DNA from: Centroscyllium fabricii
Taxonomy: Eukaryota
Direction: 5' to 3'
Assembly (NCBI GenBank): GCA_051313645.2
Contig: JBNRSN020000012.1
Span: 147,250,001-147,314,000 of the forward strand
Length of the DNA stretch: 64,000 nucleotides
Shown here: positions 23,927-37,923 of the stretch, piece by piece
Numbering within the stretch: position 1 is the stretch's first letter
How the letters are laid out: each line of letters begins with the position of its first letter
Program-made: the position numbers and the translations under genes
The notes under the pieces: generated by a model
What the model was told of the DNA's origin: nothing
Database searches by the model: none
What the model saw: only the letters and a program-made list of their open reading frames with translations

Positions 23927-26197
23927 TGTGTCAGGTTAAGGGGTTCAGTTCTATTACAAGGTGACAGGTTGAGAGGTTCAGTTCTATTACAAGGTGGCAA
24001 GTTTAGGGTTTCTGTTCTTTTACAAGGTGTCAGTTTTGGGGGTTTTGTTTCATTACTAGGCGATGGGTTTAGGGGTTCCATTCTATTACGAGGCAGACGT
24101 TTTAGGGGTTCAGTTATATTACAAAGTGTCAGATTTGAGGCTTCAGTTATATTACAAAGTGGTAGGTTTAGGGTTTCCATTTTATTACAAGGTGGCAAGT
24201 TTAGGGGTTCAGTTCTATTGTAATGCCGTACGTTAAAGGTTCAGTTTTATTACAACACTGAATGTTTTGGGTTCAGTCCTATTACAATGCTGGCGGTTTA
24301 GGGGTTCCATTCTATTACAAGGTGTCAAGTTTAGGGGTTCTGTTCTATTGCAAGGTGGTAGGTTTAGGGGTTCAGTTCTATTACTACATGGTCATTTTAG
24401 GGGTTCAGTTCTATTACATGGTGGCATGTTTAGGGGTACAGTTCCATTATAATGTGGCAGAGTTAGGGATTCCGTTTTATTACAAGGCGGCAGGTGTAGA
24501 GGTGCAATTTTATTACATGGTGACATGTTTAGGGGTTTAATTCTATTACAATGTGACAGATTTAGGGGTTCAGTTCCATTACAATGTGTCAGATTTGGTG
24601 GTTCAGTTATATTACATGGTATCAGGTTTGGTGTTCAGTTCTATTACAAGGCGACAGGTTTAGGGGTTCAGTTCCATTACAAGGTGTCAGATTTGGGGGT
24701 TCAGTTATATTACAAGGTGTCAGGTTTAGGGGTTCAGTTCTATTACAAGGCAGAAGCTTTCTGGCTTCAGTTCTATCACAAAGCGGCAGGTTTAGGAGTT
24801 CAGTTCTATTACAAGGTAACGGGTTTAGGAGTTCAGTACTATTTAAAGGTGTAAGATTTGGGGGTTCAGTTATATTACAAGGTGTCAGGTTTAGAGGTTC
24901 AGTTCTGTTACATTGTGGCAGGTTTAGAGGTCCAGCACTATAATAAGGCGGTAGGTTTAGAGGTTCAGTTCTATTAAAACACTGCAGGTTTAGTGGTTCA
25001 GTTATATGACAACACTGCTTTTTAGGGGTTCAGTTCTATTACAAGGTGTCAGGTTTAGATGTTTAGTTCTATTACAAGGTGGCAGTTTTAGGGGTTTGGT
25101 TCTACTACAATGTGTCAGGTTTAGGGGTTCAGTTATATTACTAGGCGACATGTTAGGGGCTTCAGTTATGTTACAAGGTGTCAGGTTTAGGGGTTTAGTT
25201 CTATGACAAGGTGACAGGTTTAGGGGTACAGCACTATAACAAGGCTGTAGGTTTAGAGGTTCAGTTCTATTACAACACTGAAGGTTTAGGGGTTACATTC
25301 CACTGCAGGGTGTCAGGTTTAGGGGTTCAGTTATATTACGAGGCAACATGTTAGGGGCTTCCATTCTATTACAAGGTGTCAGGTTTTGGGGATCAGTTCT
25401 ATTATAAGCCAGCAGCTTTATGGGTTCTGTTCTATTACAAGGTGGCATGTTTAGGGGTACAGTTCTATTAGACGGTAACAGGTTTAGGGGTTCAGTTCTA
25501 TTATATGGTGTCAGATTTGGGAGTTCAGTTAGATTACAAGGTGTCAGGTTTGGGGTTCAGTTATATAACAAGGCGACAGGTTTAGTTGTTCAGTTCTATT
25601 ACAAGGCGGAAACTTTCTGGATTCAGTTCTATTACAAAGCGGCAGGTTGAGGAGTTCAGTTCTATTACTATGTGGTAATTTTAGGGGTTCAGTTCTATTA
25701 CAAGGTGGCATGTTTAGGGGTACAATTCCATTATAATGTGGCAGAGTTAGGGATTCTGTTTTATTAGAAGGCGGCAGGTGTAGAGGTGCAATTTTATTAC
25801 ATGGCGACAGGTTTAGGGGTTCAGTTCTATTACAACACTGAAGTTTTAGGGGTTAAGTTCCACTGCAAGGTGTCAGGTTTAGGGGTTCAATTCTATTACA
25901 AGGTGACCGATTTGGAGGTTCAGTTACGTTACAAGGTGTCAGGTTTAGGGGTTTAGTTCTATGACAAGGTGACAGGTTTGGGAGTACAGCACTGTAACAA
26001 GGCCGTAGGTTTAGAGGTTCAGTTCTATTACAACACTGAAGGTTTACGGGTTAAGTTCCACTGCAAGGTGTCAGGTTTAGGGGTTCAGTTATATTACTAG
26101 GCAACAGGTAGGTGATTGGTTGGTGAGTATTTTCTCTCTCTTTTTCTCTAATAGCTAAAGGGTACATCATATATTGGTTTTAAGTAAATCTTAGGTA

Positions 26198-26842
26198 GTG
26201 CAGGAGTCCCCTGCGGTCATCTCCCTCCAAAACAGATATACCGTTTTGGATACTGTTGGGGGAGATGACCTACCAGGGGTTCATGGTACCATGGCTGGCT
26301 CTGCTGCACAGCAGGGTGGGAAAAAGAGTGGTAGAGCTATAGTGATAGAGGACTCAATTGTAAGGGGAATAGACAGGAGTTTCTGTGGCCGCAACCGAGA
26401 TTCCAGGATGGTATGTTGCCTCCCTGGTGCAAGGGTCAAGGATGTCTCGGAGCGGCTGCAGAACATTCTGGAGAGGGAGGGTGAACAGCCAGCTGTCGTG
26501 GTGCATGTAGGTACCAACGATATAGGTAAAAAGCGGGAAGAGGTCCTACAAGCAGAATTTAGGGAGCTAGGAGCTAAATTGAAAAGTAGGACCTCAAAGG
26601 TAGTAATCTCTGGATTGCTACCAGTGCCACGTGCTAATCAGAGTTGAGAGAACAGGATAGCGAGATTAAATACGTGGCTTGAGCAGTAGTGCAAGAGTAA
26701 GGGATTCAAATTCCTGAGGCATTGGAACCAGTTCTGGGGGAAGTGGGACCTGTACAAAAGGGACGGTCTGCACTTGGGCAGGACTGGAACCGATGTCCTC
26801 GGGGTAATATTTGCTAAGGCAGTTCGGGAGGATTTAAACTAA
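26198..26842 (+). pseudogene. CR1 ORF1, SGNH/GDSL esterase domain, with stops
   Basis: IVIEDSIVRG (GDS-like), CLPGARV, HVGTND, DGLHL motifs; in-frame TGA/TAG. Confidence 0.85.
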
Positions 26843-26889
26843 TATGGCAGGGGAATGGGAACCTATGTAGCGAAACAGGGGGAAGTAAT

Positions 26890-29830
26890 ATGCACTCAGA
26901 AACAAATGTTAGAAGGGTGAGAAACAATAGGGGAAGGCCGAGTAAACAAAGGCATGAAACACAAAGGGCCATACTAAATCATAAGTCTAAAAGGGCAAAG
27001 GGTGTTAATAAAACAAGCCAAAAGGCTCTGTGTCTTAATGCAAGGAGTATCCGTAATAAGGTGGATGAATTGACTGTGCAAATAGATGTTAACGGATATG
27101 ATGTGATTGGGATTACAGAGACATGGCACCAGAACAATCAAGGCTGGGAACTGAACATCCAGGGGTATTCAACATTCAGGAAGGATAGAATAAAAGGAAA
27201 AGGGGGTGGTTAAAGAGGAGATTAATGCAATAGCTGGTTAAAGAGGAGATTAATGCAATAGCTAGAAAGGACATTAGCTTGGAGGATGTGGAATCAATAT
27301 GGGTTGAGCTGCAGAACACCAAAGGGCAGAAAACATTAGTGGAAGTTGTGTACAGACCTCCAAACAGTAGTAGTGAGGTGGGGGAGGGTATGAAACAGGA
27401 AATCAGAGATGCGTGCAAAAAAGGCACAGCAGTTATCATGGGTGACTTTAATATGCATATAGATTGGGCTACTCAAACTGGAAGCAATACGGTGGAGGAG
27501 GATTTCCTGGAGTGTTTAAGGGATGGTTTCCTAAACCAATATGTTGAGGAACCAACTAGAGGGGAGGCCATCCTGGACTGGGTGTTATGTAATGAGGAAG
27601 TACTAATCAGCAATCGTGTGTTGCGAGGCCCCTTGGGGAAGAGTGACCATAGTATGGTGGAGTTCTACATTAGAATGGAGAAGGAAACAGTTAATTCAGA
27701 GACCATGGTCCAAAACTTAAATAAGGGCAACTTTGAGGGTATGAGGCGTGAATTGGCGAGGTTAGATTGGCAAGCGATATTTAAGGGGTTATCAATGGAA
27801 GGGCAATGGCAGACATTTAGAGATCGCATGGATGAACTACAACAATTGTACATCCCTGTCTGGCGTAAAAATAAAAAAGGGAAGGTGGCTCAACCATGGC
27901 TAACAAGGGAAATCAGGGATAGTATTAAAACCAAGGAAGTGGCATACAAATTGGCCAGAAGTAGCAGCAAACCCAGGGACTGGGAGAACTTTAAAACTCA
28001 GCAGAGGAGGACGAAGGGTTTGATTAGGGCAGGGAAAATAAAATATGAAAGGAAGCTTGCAGAGAACATTAAAACGGACTGCAAAAGCTTCTATAAATAT
28101 GTAAAAAGAAAAAGGTTAGTAAAAACAAACGTAGGTCCCCTGCAGTCAGAAACAGGGGAAGTCATAATGGGGAACAAATAAATGGCAGATCAATTGAATA
28201 AGTACTTTGGTTCGGTGTTTACTGAGGAGGACACAAACAACCTTCTGGAAATAAAAGGGGTCAGAGGATCTGGTAAGAGGGAGGAGCTGAGGGAAATCCT
28301 TATTAGTTGGGAAAAGGTGTTGGGGAAATTGATGGGACTGAAGGCTGATAAATCCCCAGGGCCTGATGGTCTGCATCGCAGAGTATTTAAGGAGGTGGCC
28401 TTGGAAATAGTGGATGCATTGACGATCATTTTCCAACATTCCTTCGACTCTGGATCAGTTCCGATGGAGTGGAGGGTGGCAAATGTAACCCCTCTTTTTA
28501 AAAAAGGAGGGAGGGAGAATACAGGGAATTATAGACCGGTCAGCCTGACATCGGTGGTGGGTAAAATGATGGAATCAATTATTAAGGATGTCATAGCAGA
28601 CCATTTGGAAAGTGGCGACATGATAGGTCCAAGTCAGCATGGATTTGTGAAAGGGAAATCATGCTTGACAAATCTTCTGGAATTTTTGGAGGATGTTTCC
28701 AATAGGGTGGATGGGGGGGAACCAGTAGATGTGGTGTATTTGGACTTTCAGAAGGCTTTCGACAAGGTCCCACACAAGACATTGGTGTGCAAAGTTAAAG
28801 CACATGGGATTGGGGGTAATGTGTTGAAGTGGATTGAGAACTGGTTGGCACACAGGAAACAAAGAGTAGGAGTGAATGGGTAATTTTCAGAATGGCAGGC
28901 AGTGACCAGCGGGTACCGCAGGGTTCGGTGCTTGGGCCCCAGCTGTTTACATTATATATTAATGATTGGGACAAAGGAATTAATTGTAGTATCTCCAATT
29001 TGCAGATGGCACTAAATTGGGAGGCAGTGTGAACAATGAGGAGGATGCTAGGAGGCTACAGAGTGACTTGGACAGGTTGGGTGAATGGGCAAATGTATGG
29101 CAGATGAAGTACAATGTGGATAAATGTGAGGTTATCCACTTTGGTGGTAAAAATAGAGAGGCAGACTATAATCTGAATGGTGGCAGATTAGGGAAAGGGG
29201 AGGTGCAATGAGACCTGGGCGTCATGGTACATCAGTCACTGAAGGTGGGAATGCAAGTGCAGCAGGCGGTCAAGAAAGCAAATGGCATGATGGCCTTCAT
29301 AGCAAGGGGATTTGAGTACAGGAGTAGGGAGGTGATGCTACAGTTGTACAGGGCCTTGGTGAGGACACACCTGGAGTATTGTGTGCAGTTTTGGTCTCCT
29401 AACTTGAGGAAGGACATTCTTGCTATTGAGGGAGTGCAGCGAAGGTTCACTAGATTATTTCCTGGGATGGCCGGACTGACATATCAAGAAAGACTGGATC
29501 AACTGAACTTTTATCCTCTAGAGTTCAGAAGAATGAGGGGGGATCTTATAGAGACGTTTAAAATCCTGACTGGTTTAGACAAGTTAGATGCGGGCAGAAT
29601 GTTTCCAATGTTAGGGAAGACTAGAACCAGGGGTCACAGTCTAAGGATAAAGGGGAGGCCATTTAAGACTGAGATGAGGAGGAACGTCTTCACCCAGAGA
29701 GTGGTGAATCTGTGGAATTCTCTGCCACAGAAGGTTGTTGAGGCCAGTTCGCTAAATATATTCAGTTAGATATATTACTCACAACTAGAGAGATTAAGGG
29801 GTATGGCGAGAAAGCAGGAATGGCGTACTG
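26890..29830 (+). pseudogene. CR1 ORF2 (APE endonuclease + RT), disrupted
   Basis: CLNARSI, GITETW, VYRPP, MGDFN, SDH, KSPGPDG, NYRPVSL, LDFQKAFD; several stops and frameshifts; 28-bp tandem duplication at 27207-27262. Confidence 0.93.
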
Positions 29831-32800
29831 AGGTCGCATGTTCAGCCATGAACGCATTAAGTAGCAGTGCAGGCTCGAAGGACCGAATGGTCTACTCCTG
29901 CACCTATTTTCTATGTTTCTATGTTTCTATGTTAGGGGCTTCCGTTCTATTACAAGGTGTCAGGTTTCAGGGATCAGTTCTATTACAAGGCAGCAGCTTT
30001 ATGGGTTCTGTTCTATGACAAGGTGGCATGTTTAGGGGTACAGTTCTATTACAAGGTAACAGTTTTAGGGGTTCAGTTCTATTACAATGTGCCATATTTG
30101 GGGTTCAGTTATATTACAAGGTGACAGGTTTAGTTGTTCAGTTCTATTACAAGGCAGAAGCTTTCTGGCTTCAGTTCTATTACAAAGTGGCAGGTTTAGG
30201 AGTTCAGTTCTATTACAAGGTAACAGGTTTAGGAGTTCAGTACTATTTCAAGGTGTAAGATTTGGGAGTTCAGTTATATTACAAGCTGTCAGGTTTAGGG
30301 GTTCAGTTCTATTATATTGTGGCAGGTTTAGGGGTCCAGCAGTATAATAAGGTGGTAGGTTTAGAGGTTCAGTTCTATTATAACACTGAAATTTTAGTGG
30401 TTCAGTTATATGATAACACTGCTTTTTAGGGTTTCAGTTCTATTACAAGGTGTCGTCAGGTTTATGGGTTCAGTTCTATTACACTGCGACAGGGTTAGGT
30501 GTTCAGTTCTATTACAAGTTGGCAGGTTTCTATGTTCAGTTCTATTACAAGGCAGCAGTTTTAGGGGATCATTTCTGCTACAAGGTGTCAGGTTTAGGGG
30601 TTCCGTTATATTACAAGATGTCAGGTTTTGGGGTTCTGTTCTATTAGAAGTCAAGTGCATTAGAGGTTTAGCTCTATTATATGGCAGTAGGTTTAGGGGT
30701 TCAGTTCTATTACATGGTAGCAGGTTTAGGGGTTCCGTTCTATAATGAGGTGGCAGGTTTAGGCATTCAGTTCTATGACAAGGCAGTAGTTTTAGGGGAT
30801 CAGTTCTATTACATGACAGCAGGTTTAGGGGTTCAGTTCTATTAAAAATGCGGCAAGTTTAGGGAACAGCTTTATTACATGGTGGCAGGTTTAGGGGCTC
30901 AGTTCTATTGCATGACAACAGGTTTAGGGGTTCAGTTCTATTACGAGGCGACAGGTTTGGGCATTCAGTTCTGTTACAATGCGGTAGGTCTAGGGGTTCA
31001 GTTCAATTACGAGGCAATGGGTTTTGGGGTTCCCTTCTATAGATGGCGGTTCTTTTAGGAGTTCTGTTCTATTACAATGTGGCAGGTTTAGGGGTTCTGT
31101 TCTATTACATGGCGGCAGGTTTATGGGTTCAGTGCTATTACATGGCAGCAGGTTTAGGGGTGCAGTTCTATTATATGGTGGTGGGTCTAGGGGTTAAGTT
31201 CTATTACATGGCAGCAGGGTTAGGCATTCAGTTCTATTACAATGCGGCAGGTGTAGGCATTCAGTTCTATTACAAGGCGGTAGGTTTAGGGGTTCAGTTC
31301 TATTACTAGGCGATGGGGTTAGGCATTCCATTGTATACAAGGCGGTTGTTTTAGCAGTTCAGTTCTATTGCAACGTGGCAGGTTTAGGGGTTCATGTCTA
31401 TTACTAGGCGACAGGTTTACCGGTTCAGTTCTATTACTAGGTGGCATGATTATGGGTTCAATTCTATTACAAGGTGTCAGGTTCAGCAGTTCGGTTCCAG
31501 TACAAGGTGTCAGGTTTAGGGGTTCAGTTCTATTTCTAGGTGGCAGATTTAGGGGTTCAGTTCTATTACAAGGTAGTGTGTTTATGTTTAATTACAAGAT
31601 GACAGGTGCAGGGGTTCAATTCTATTACAAGGCAACAGGTTTAGAGGTTCTGTACTATTACAAGGTGGTAGGTTTAGGGGTTCAGTTCTATTACAAGGTG
31701 GTATGTGTAAGCATTCATTTATATTGCAAGGCGGCAGGTTTAGGGGTACAGTTGTATTACATGGTGACAGGTTTAGGGGTTCTGTTCTATTACAAGGTGG
31801 CCGGTTTGGGGGTTCAGTTCTATTATATGGTGGTAGATTTAGGGGGTGAATTCCATTACAAGGCTGTAGGTTTAGGGGATCTGTTCTATTACTATATAAT
31901 GGGTTTAGGGGTTCTGTTCTATTACAAGGTGAACGTTTTATGGGTTCAGTTCTATTACAAAGTGTCAGATTTGGGGGTTCAGCTCTATTACAATGTGGCA
32001 GGTTTAGGGGTTCGGTTCAATTATAATGCCGTACGCTAAAGGTTCAGTTTTATTACAACGCTGAAGATTGATGGGTTCAGTTCTATTACAACACTGCCGG
32101 TTTTGGGGCTCCATTCTATTTCAAGGTGTCAGATTCAGGGGTTCAGTTCTATTAAAATGTGGCAGGTTTAGGGGTTCAGTTCTATTACAATGTGACAGAT
32201 TTGGGGTTCAGTTATGTTACAAGGTGTCAGGTTTAGGGGTTTACTTCTATGACAATATGATAGGTATAGGGGTACAGCACTATAAAAAGGCTGTAGGTTT
32301 AGAGTTTCAGTTCTATTACAACACTGAAGGTTTAGGGGTTCAGTTGTATGACAACGCTGCTCATTTAGGGGTTCAGCTCTATTACAAGATGTCAGGCTTA
32401 AGGGTTCAGGTCTATTACAATTCAACATGTTTAGGGGTTCCAATCTATTACAGTGCAACAGGGTTATGTGCTCAGTTCTATTACAACGCAGCAGGATTAG
32501 GTGTTTGGTTCTATTACAGGCTGTAGTTTTAGTTGTCCAGTTTTATTACTAGGTGTCAGGTTTAGGGGATCAATTCTATTATGTGGCAGAAGGATTAAGG
32601 GTTCAGTTATATTACAAGGTGGCAGGTTTAGTGGTTTTGTTTTATTACATGGCAGCCGGTTTAGGGCTTCAGTTATATTACAAGGTTGCAGGTTTAGTGG
32701 TTCAGTTCTGTTCGAAGGTGGTAGGTTTAGGTGTTCAGTTCTATTACTAGGTGGCAGGTTTAGGGGTTTAGTTCTATTACATGGTGACAAGTTTAGCGAT

Positions 32801-33204
32801 TCTGTTCTATTACAATGTGGCAGGTATAGGGGTTCAGTTCTATTACAAGGTGGTATGTTTAAGGTTCAGTTTTATTACAATGCTGGAGGTTTAGGGGTTC
32901 CGTTCTATTACACGGCAGTAGATTTAGCAGTTCAATTCCATTACACGGCGGTAGGTTTAGGGAATCAGTTCTATTACTATACCGTAAGTTTAGGGGTTCA
33001 GTTCTATTACTAGGCAACAGGTTTAGCTGTTCAGTTCTATTACAAGATGGAATGTTTAGGGGTTCTGTTCTTTTACAAGGTGTCATGTTTGGGGGTTCAG
33101 TTCTATTACTAGATGATGGATATAGGGGTTCCATTCTATTACACGGCGGATGTTTTTGGGGTTCAGTTCTATTACAAAGTGTCAGATTTGGGGGTTCAGG
33201 TCTA

Positions 33205-33407
33205 TTAGTGTTAGGGGGATTGAATGTGTAGGGTTGCGGGGATAGGGTGGGATATGTGTAGGTGCATGCTCAATGGGGATCAAGGGATATGGGGACAAGG
33301 CAGGGACAGGGTACTGGGTTGGATGATCAGCCATGATCGCATTGAATGGCGGAGCAGGCTCGAAGGGCCGAATGGCCTACTCCTGCCCCTATCTTCTATG
33401 TTTCTAT
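33205..33407 (+). mobile_element. V-SINE 3' half (5'-truncated)
   Basis: Matches the 3' half of the other SINEs, including GATCAGCCATGATC...GAATGGCCTACTCCTG. Confidence 0.88.
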
Positions 33408-36400
33408 ATTACAAGGTGGTAGGTTTAGGGTTTCAGTTTTATTACAAGGTGGCAGCTTTAAGGGTTCAGTTCTATTATAAGGTACTATGTTAAAGGTTCA
33501 ATTTTATTACAACACTGAAAGTTTAGTAGTAAAACTAGGCGGCAGGTTTAGGGGTTCAGTTCTATTATAAGGCGGCAGGTTTAGGAATTCAGTTCTATTA
33601 TTAGGTGGTAGGTTTAGGGGTTATGTTCTACTACAAGGTGGCAAGTTTAGGTGTTCAGTTCTACTACAAGGTGTCAGGTTTAGGGGTTCAGTCATATTAC
33701 TAGGCGACATGTTCGGGGCATCAGTTCTATTACAAGATGTCAGGTTTTGGGGTTCCAATCTATTATTAGGCAGCAGCTTTATGGGTTCTGTTCTATTACA
33801 AGGTGGCATGTTTAGGGGTACAGTTCTATTACAAGTTGTAAGATTTGGGGGTTCAGTTATATTACAAGGTGGCAGGGTTAGGGGTGCAATTCTATTATAA
33901 GGCGGTAGGTTTAGAGATTCAGTTCTATTGCAACAGTGAAGGTTTAGGGGTTCAGTTCTACTACAACACTGCCGGTTTAGTGGTTCAGTTCTATTAGAAG
34001 GTGTCAGGTTTAGGGGTTCTTTTCTATTACAAGTCAAGAGGATTAGGGTTCAGTTCTATTACATTTCAGTATGTTTAGGGGTTCTGCTAAATTACTAGGT
34101 GATGGGTTTAGGGGTTCTATTCTATACATGGCAGTTATTTTAGGGGTTCCATTCTATTACAAGGTGGTAGGTTTAGGGGTTCCATTCTATTACAAGGTGG
34201 TAGGTTTAGGGGTGCATTTCTATTACATGGCAGTAGGTTTAAGCATTCAGTTCTATTACAAGGTGGTTGTTTTAGGGGATCCGTTCTATTACATGGCAGC
34301 AGGTTTAGGGGTTCAGTTCTATTACAATGAGGTAGGTTTAGGGTACAGATCTATTACATGGCAGCAGGTCTATGGGTGCAGTACTATTCCATGGCAGCAC
34401 ATATAGGGGTTCAGTTCTATTACACGGCAGTAGGTTTACGGGGTCAGTTCTATTACATGGCAGTAGGTTTAGGGGTTCAGTTCTATTGCGATGTGGCAGG
34501 TTTAGGCATTCAGCTCTATTACAAGGTGGCAGGTTTAGGGGTTGATTTCTATTGCATGGCAGTAGGTTTAGGGTTTCAGTTCTATTACAAGTCGACAGGT
34601 TAAGGGGTTCAATTCTATTACAAGGCGACAGGTTTAGGGGTTCAGTTCTATTACATGGTGACAAGTTTAGGAGTTCTGTTCTATTACAAGGAGGTGGTTT
34701 TAGGGGTTCAGTTATATTACAAGGTGGTAGGTTTAGGGGTTCAATTCTATAAAAAGGTGGTAGGTTTAGGGGTTCAGTTCTATTACTAGATGGAAGGTTT
34801 CTGAATTCAGTTCTATTACAAGGCGGCAGGTTTAGGGGCTCAGTTCTATTACAAGGTGGCAATTTTAGGGGTACAGCACTATAACAAGGCGGTAGGTCTA
34901 GAGGTTCAGTTCTATTACAACACTGAAGGTTTAGGGGTTCAGTTATATGACAACACTGCTTATTTAGGGGTTCGGTTTTATTACAGGATGTCAGTTTTAA
35001 AGGGTTCAGTTCTATTACAATTCAACATGTTTAGGAGTTCAGTTCTATTACAGTGCAACAGGGTAATGTGTTCAGTTCTATTACAAGGTGGCAAGTTTAG
35101 GGCTTATGTTCCTTTACAAGGTGTCAGGTTTGGGGGTTCCATTAAATTACTAGGCAACAAGTTAGGCACTTCAGTTCTATTACAAGGTGTCAGGTTTCGG
35201 GGTTCAGTTCTATTACAAGGCAGCATCTTTATGGTTTCCGTTCTATTACAAGGCAGCATGTTTGGGGGTACCGTTCTATTACAAGGTAACATGTTTAGGG
35301 GTTCTGTACTATTACAATGTGTCAGATTTGGGGGATCAGTTATATTACAATGTGTCAGGTTTAGTGGTTCAGTTCCATTACAAGGTGGCAGCTTTAGGGG
35401 TTTAGTTCTATTACAAGGTGGCATGTTTAGCAGTCCAGTTCTATTAATAGGTGGCAGATTTAGGGAATCTGTTATTTTAAAAGGTGGCGGGTTTAGGGGT
35501 TAAATTTTATTACAAGGTAGCAGGTTTAGGTGTTCAGTTCCATTATAAGGTGACATGTTTAAGGGTTCAGTTCCATTACATGACAGGTTTGGGGGTTCAG
35601 TTATATTACAAGGTGTCACATTTGGGGGTTCAGTTCTATTACAAGATGTCAGGTTTACTGGTTGTGTTTTATTACAAGGTGGCAGGATTCAGGGTTCAGT
35701 TTTATTACAAGCTGGCAGGTTTTGGGGTTCAGTTTTATTACAAGGTGGCAGGTTCTATTATTATTAGGTGGTAGGTTTAGAGGTTCAGTTCTATTGCAAC
35801 ACTGAAGGTTTAGTGGTTTTGTTCTATTACAAGGTGGTAGGTTTAGGGGTTCCATTATTTTACATGTCAAGAGGATTAGGGGTTCAGTACTATTACATTG
35901 CAGTAGGTTTACAGGTTCAGTTCTATTACATGGCAGCAGGTTAAGGGGTTCTGTATTATTACAAGGTGGCAGGTCAAGGCATTCAATTCTATTACAAGGC
36001 GGTAGGTTTAGGGGTTCAGTTCAATTAATAGGTGATGGGTTATGGGTTCTATTCTATACATGGCAGTTGTTTTAGGGGTTCAGTTCTATTACAAGGTGGT
36101 AGGTTTAGGGGTGCAGTTCTTTAACAAGGCAGTAGGTTAAAGCATTCAGTAGTTTTAGGGGATCAGTTCTATTACATGGCAGTAGGTTTATTGGTTCAGT
36201 TCTATTACAATGCGGTAAGATTAGGGGTTCAGTTCTATTACATGGCGGCAGGTTTATGGGTTCAGTACTATTACATGCCAGCAGATTTGGGGGTTCAGTT
36301 CTATTACATGGCAGTAGGTTTAGGGGTTGTGTTATATTACATGGCACCACATTTAGGAGTTCAGTTCTATTACGAGCTGGCAGGTTTAGGCATTTAGTTC

Positions 36401-37748
36401 TATTGCAAGGCGGTAGGTTTAGGGGTTCAGTTCTATTACTAGGTGATGGGTTTAGGGGTTCAGTTCTATTGCTAGGTGATAGGTTTAGGTGTTCAGTTCT
36501 ATTACTAGGTGGCAGGGTTAGGCGTTCAGTTATATTATAATGCAGCAGGTTTAGGGGTTCAGTGCTATTACAAGATAACAGGTTTAGGGGTTCAGTTCTA
36601 TTACAAGTTGTCAGATTTATAGTTTCAGTTATATTACAATGTGCCAGGTTTAGTGGTTCAATTCTATTACAAGGTGTCAGATTTGGGGGTTCAGTTATAT
36701 TACAATGTGTCAGGTTTAGTGGTTCAGTTCTATTACAAGGCGGCAGCTTTAGCGGTTTATTTCTATTACAAGGTGACATGTTTAGTGGTGCAGTTCTATT
36801 AAAAACTGCCAGATTTAGGGACTCAGTTATTTTACAAGGCGGCAGGTTTAGGGGTTCAATGTTATTACAAGCAGCAGGTTTAGGTGTTCAGTTCCATTAC
36901 AAGATGACATGTTTCAGGGTTCAGTTCTATTGCATGACAGGTTTGGGGGTTAAGTTATATTACAAGGTGTCAGATTTGGGGGTTCAGATATATCACAAGA
37001 TATCAGGTTTACTGGTTGTGTTGTATTACAAGGTGGCAGGTTTTAGGGTTCAGTTTTATTACAAGGTGGCAGGTTTAGGGGTACAGTTCTATTATAAGGC
37101 GGTAGGTTTAGAGGTTCTGTTCTATTGCAACACTGAAGGTTTAGGGGTTCCGTTCTATTGCAACACTGATGCTTTAGTGGTTCAGTTCTATTAGAAGGTG
37201 TCAGGTTTAGGGGTTCCATTATATTACAAGGCAAGAGGATTGGGGCTTCAGTATGATTACATTGCAGTAGGTTTAGGGATTCAGTTCTATTACATGGCAG
37301 CAGGTTAAGGAGTTCAGTTCTATTACGAGGTGGCAGGTTAAGGCATTCAGTTCTATTACAAGGTGGTAGGTTTAGGGTTTCAGTTCAATTACTAGGCGAT
37401 GGGTTTAGGGGTTCCATTGTATACATGGCGGTTATTTTAGAGGTTCAGTTCTATTACAAGGTGGTAGGTTTAGTGGTACAGTTCTATTACAAGGCAGTTG
37501 GTTTAAGCATTCAGTTCTATTACAAGGCGGTAGTTTTAGGGGATCAGTTATATTACATGGCAGCAGGTTTAGGGGTTCAGTTCTATTACAATGCATTAAA
37601 TTTAGGGGTTCAGTTCTATTCCATTGCGGCAGGTTTGTGGGTTTGGTACTATTACATGGCAGCAGGTTTAGGGGTTCAGTTCTATTACATGGCAGTAGTT
37701 TAAGGGGTTCAGTTCTACTACATGGCAGCAGGTTTAGGGGTTCAGTTA

Positions 37749-37923
37749 TATTACGAGGTGGCAGGTTTAGACATTCAGTTCTATTGCAAGGCGGTAGGTT
37801 TAGGGGTTCAGTTCTATTACTAGGCGATGGGTTTAGGGGTTCCATTGTATACACGGCGGTTGTTTTAGGGGTTCAGTTCTATTACAAGGTGGCAGGTTTA
37901 TGGGTTCATGTCTATTACTAGAT
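37749..37923 (+). repeat. Left copy of a 175-bp direct duplication flanking the CR1
   Basis: Matches 40828-41002 with 3 mismatches and shares rare satellite variants. Confidence 0.9.

Larger units (their letters stand above)
26107..29929 (+). mobile_element. Near-full-length degenerate CR1 LINE, subfamily 1
   Basis: 5' UTR-like segment, esterase ORF1, APE and RT ORF2, (TTTCTATG)n tail; nearly identical to 15561-17386 where they overlap. Confidence 0.96.
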
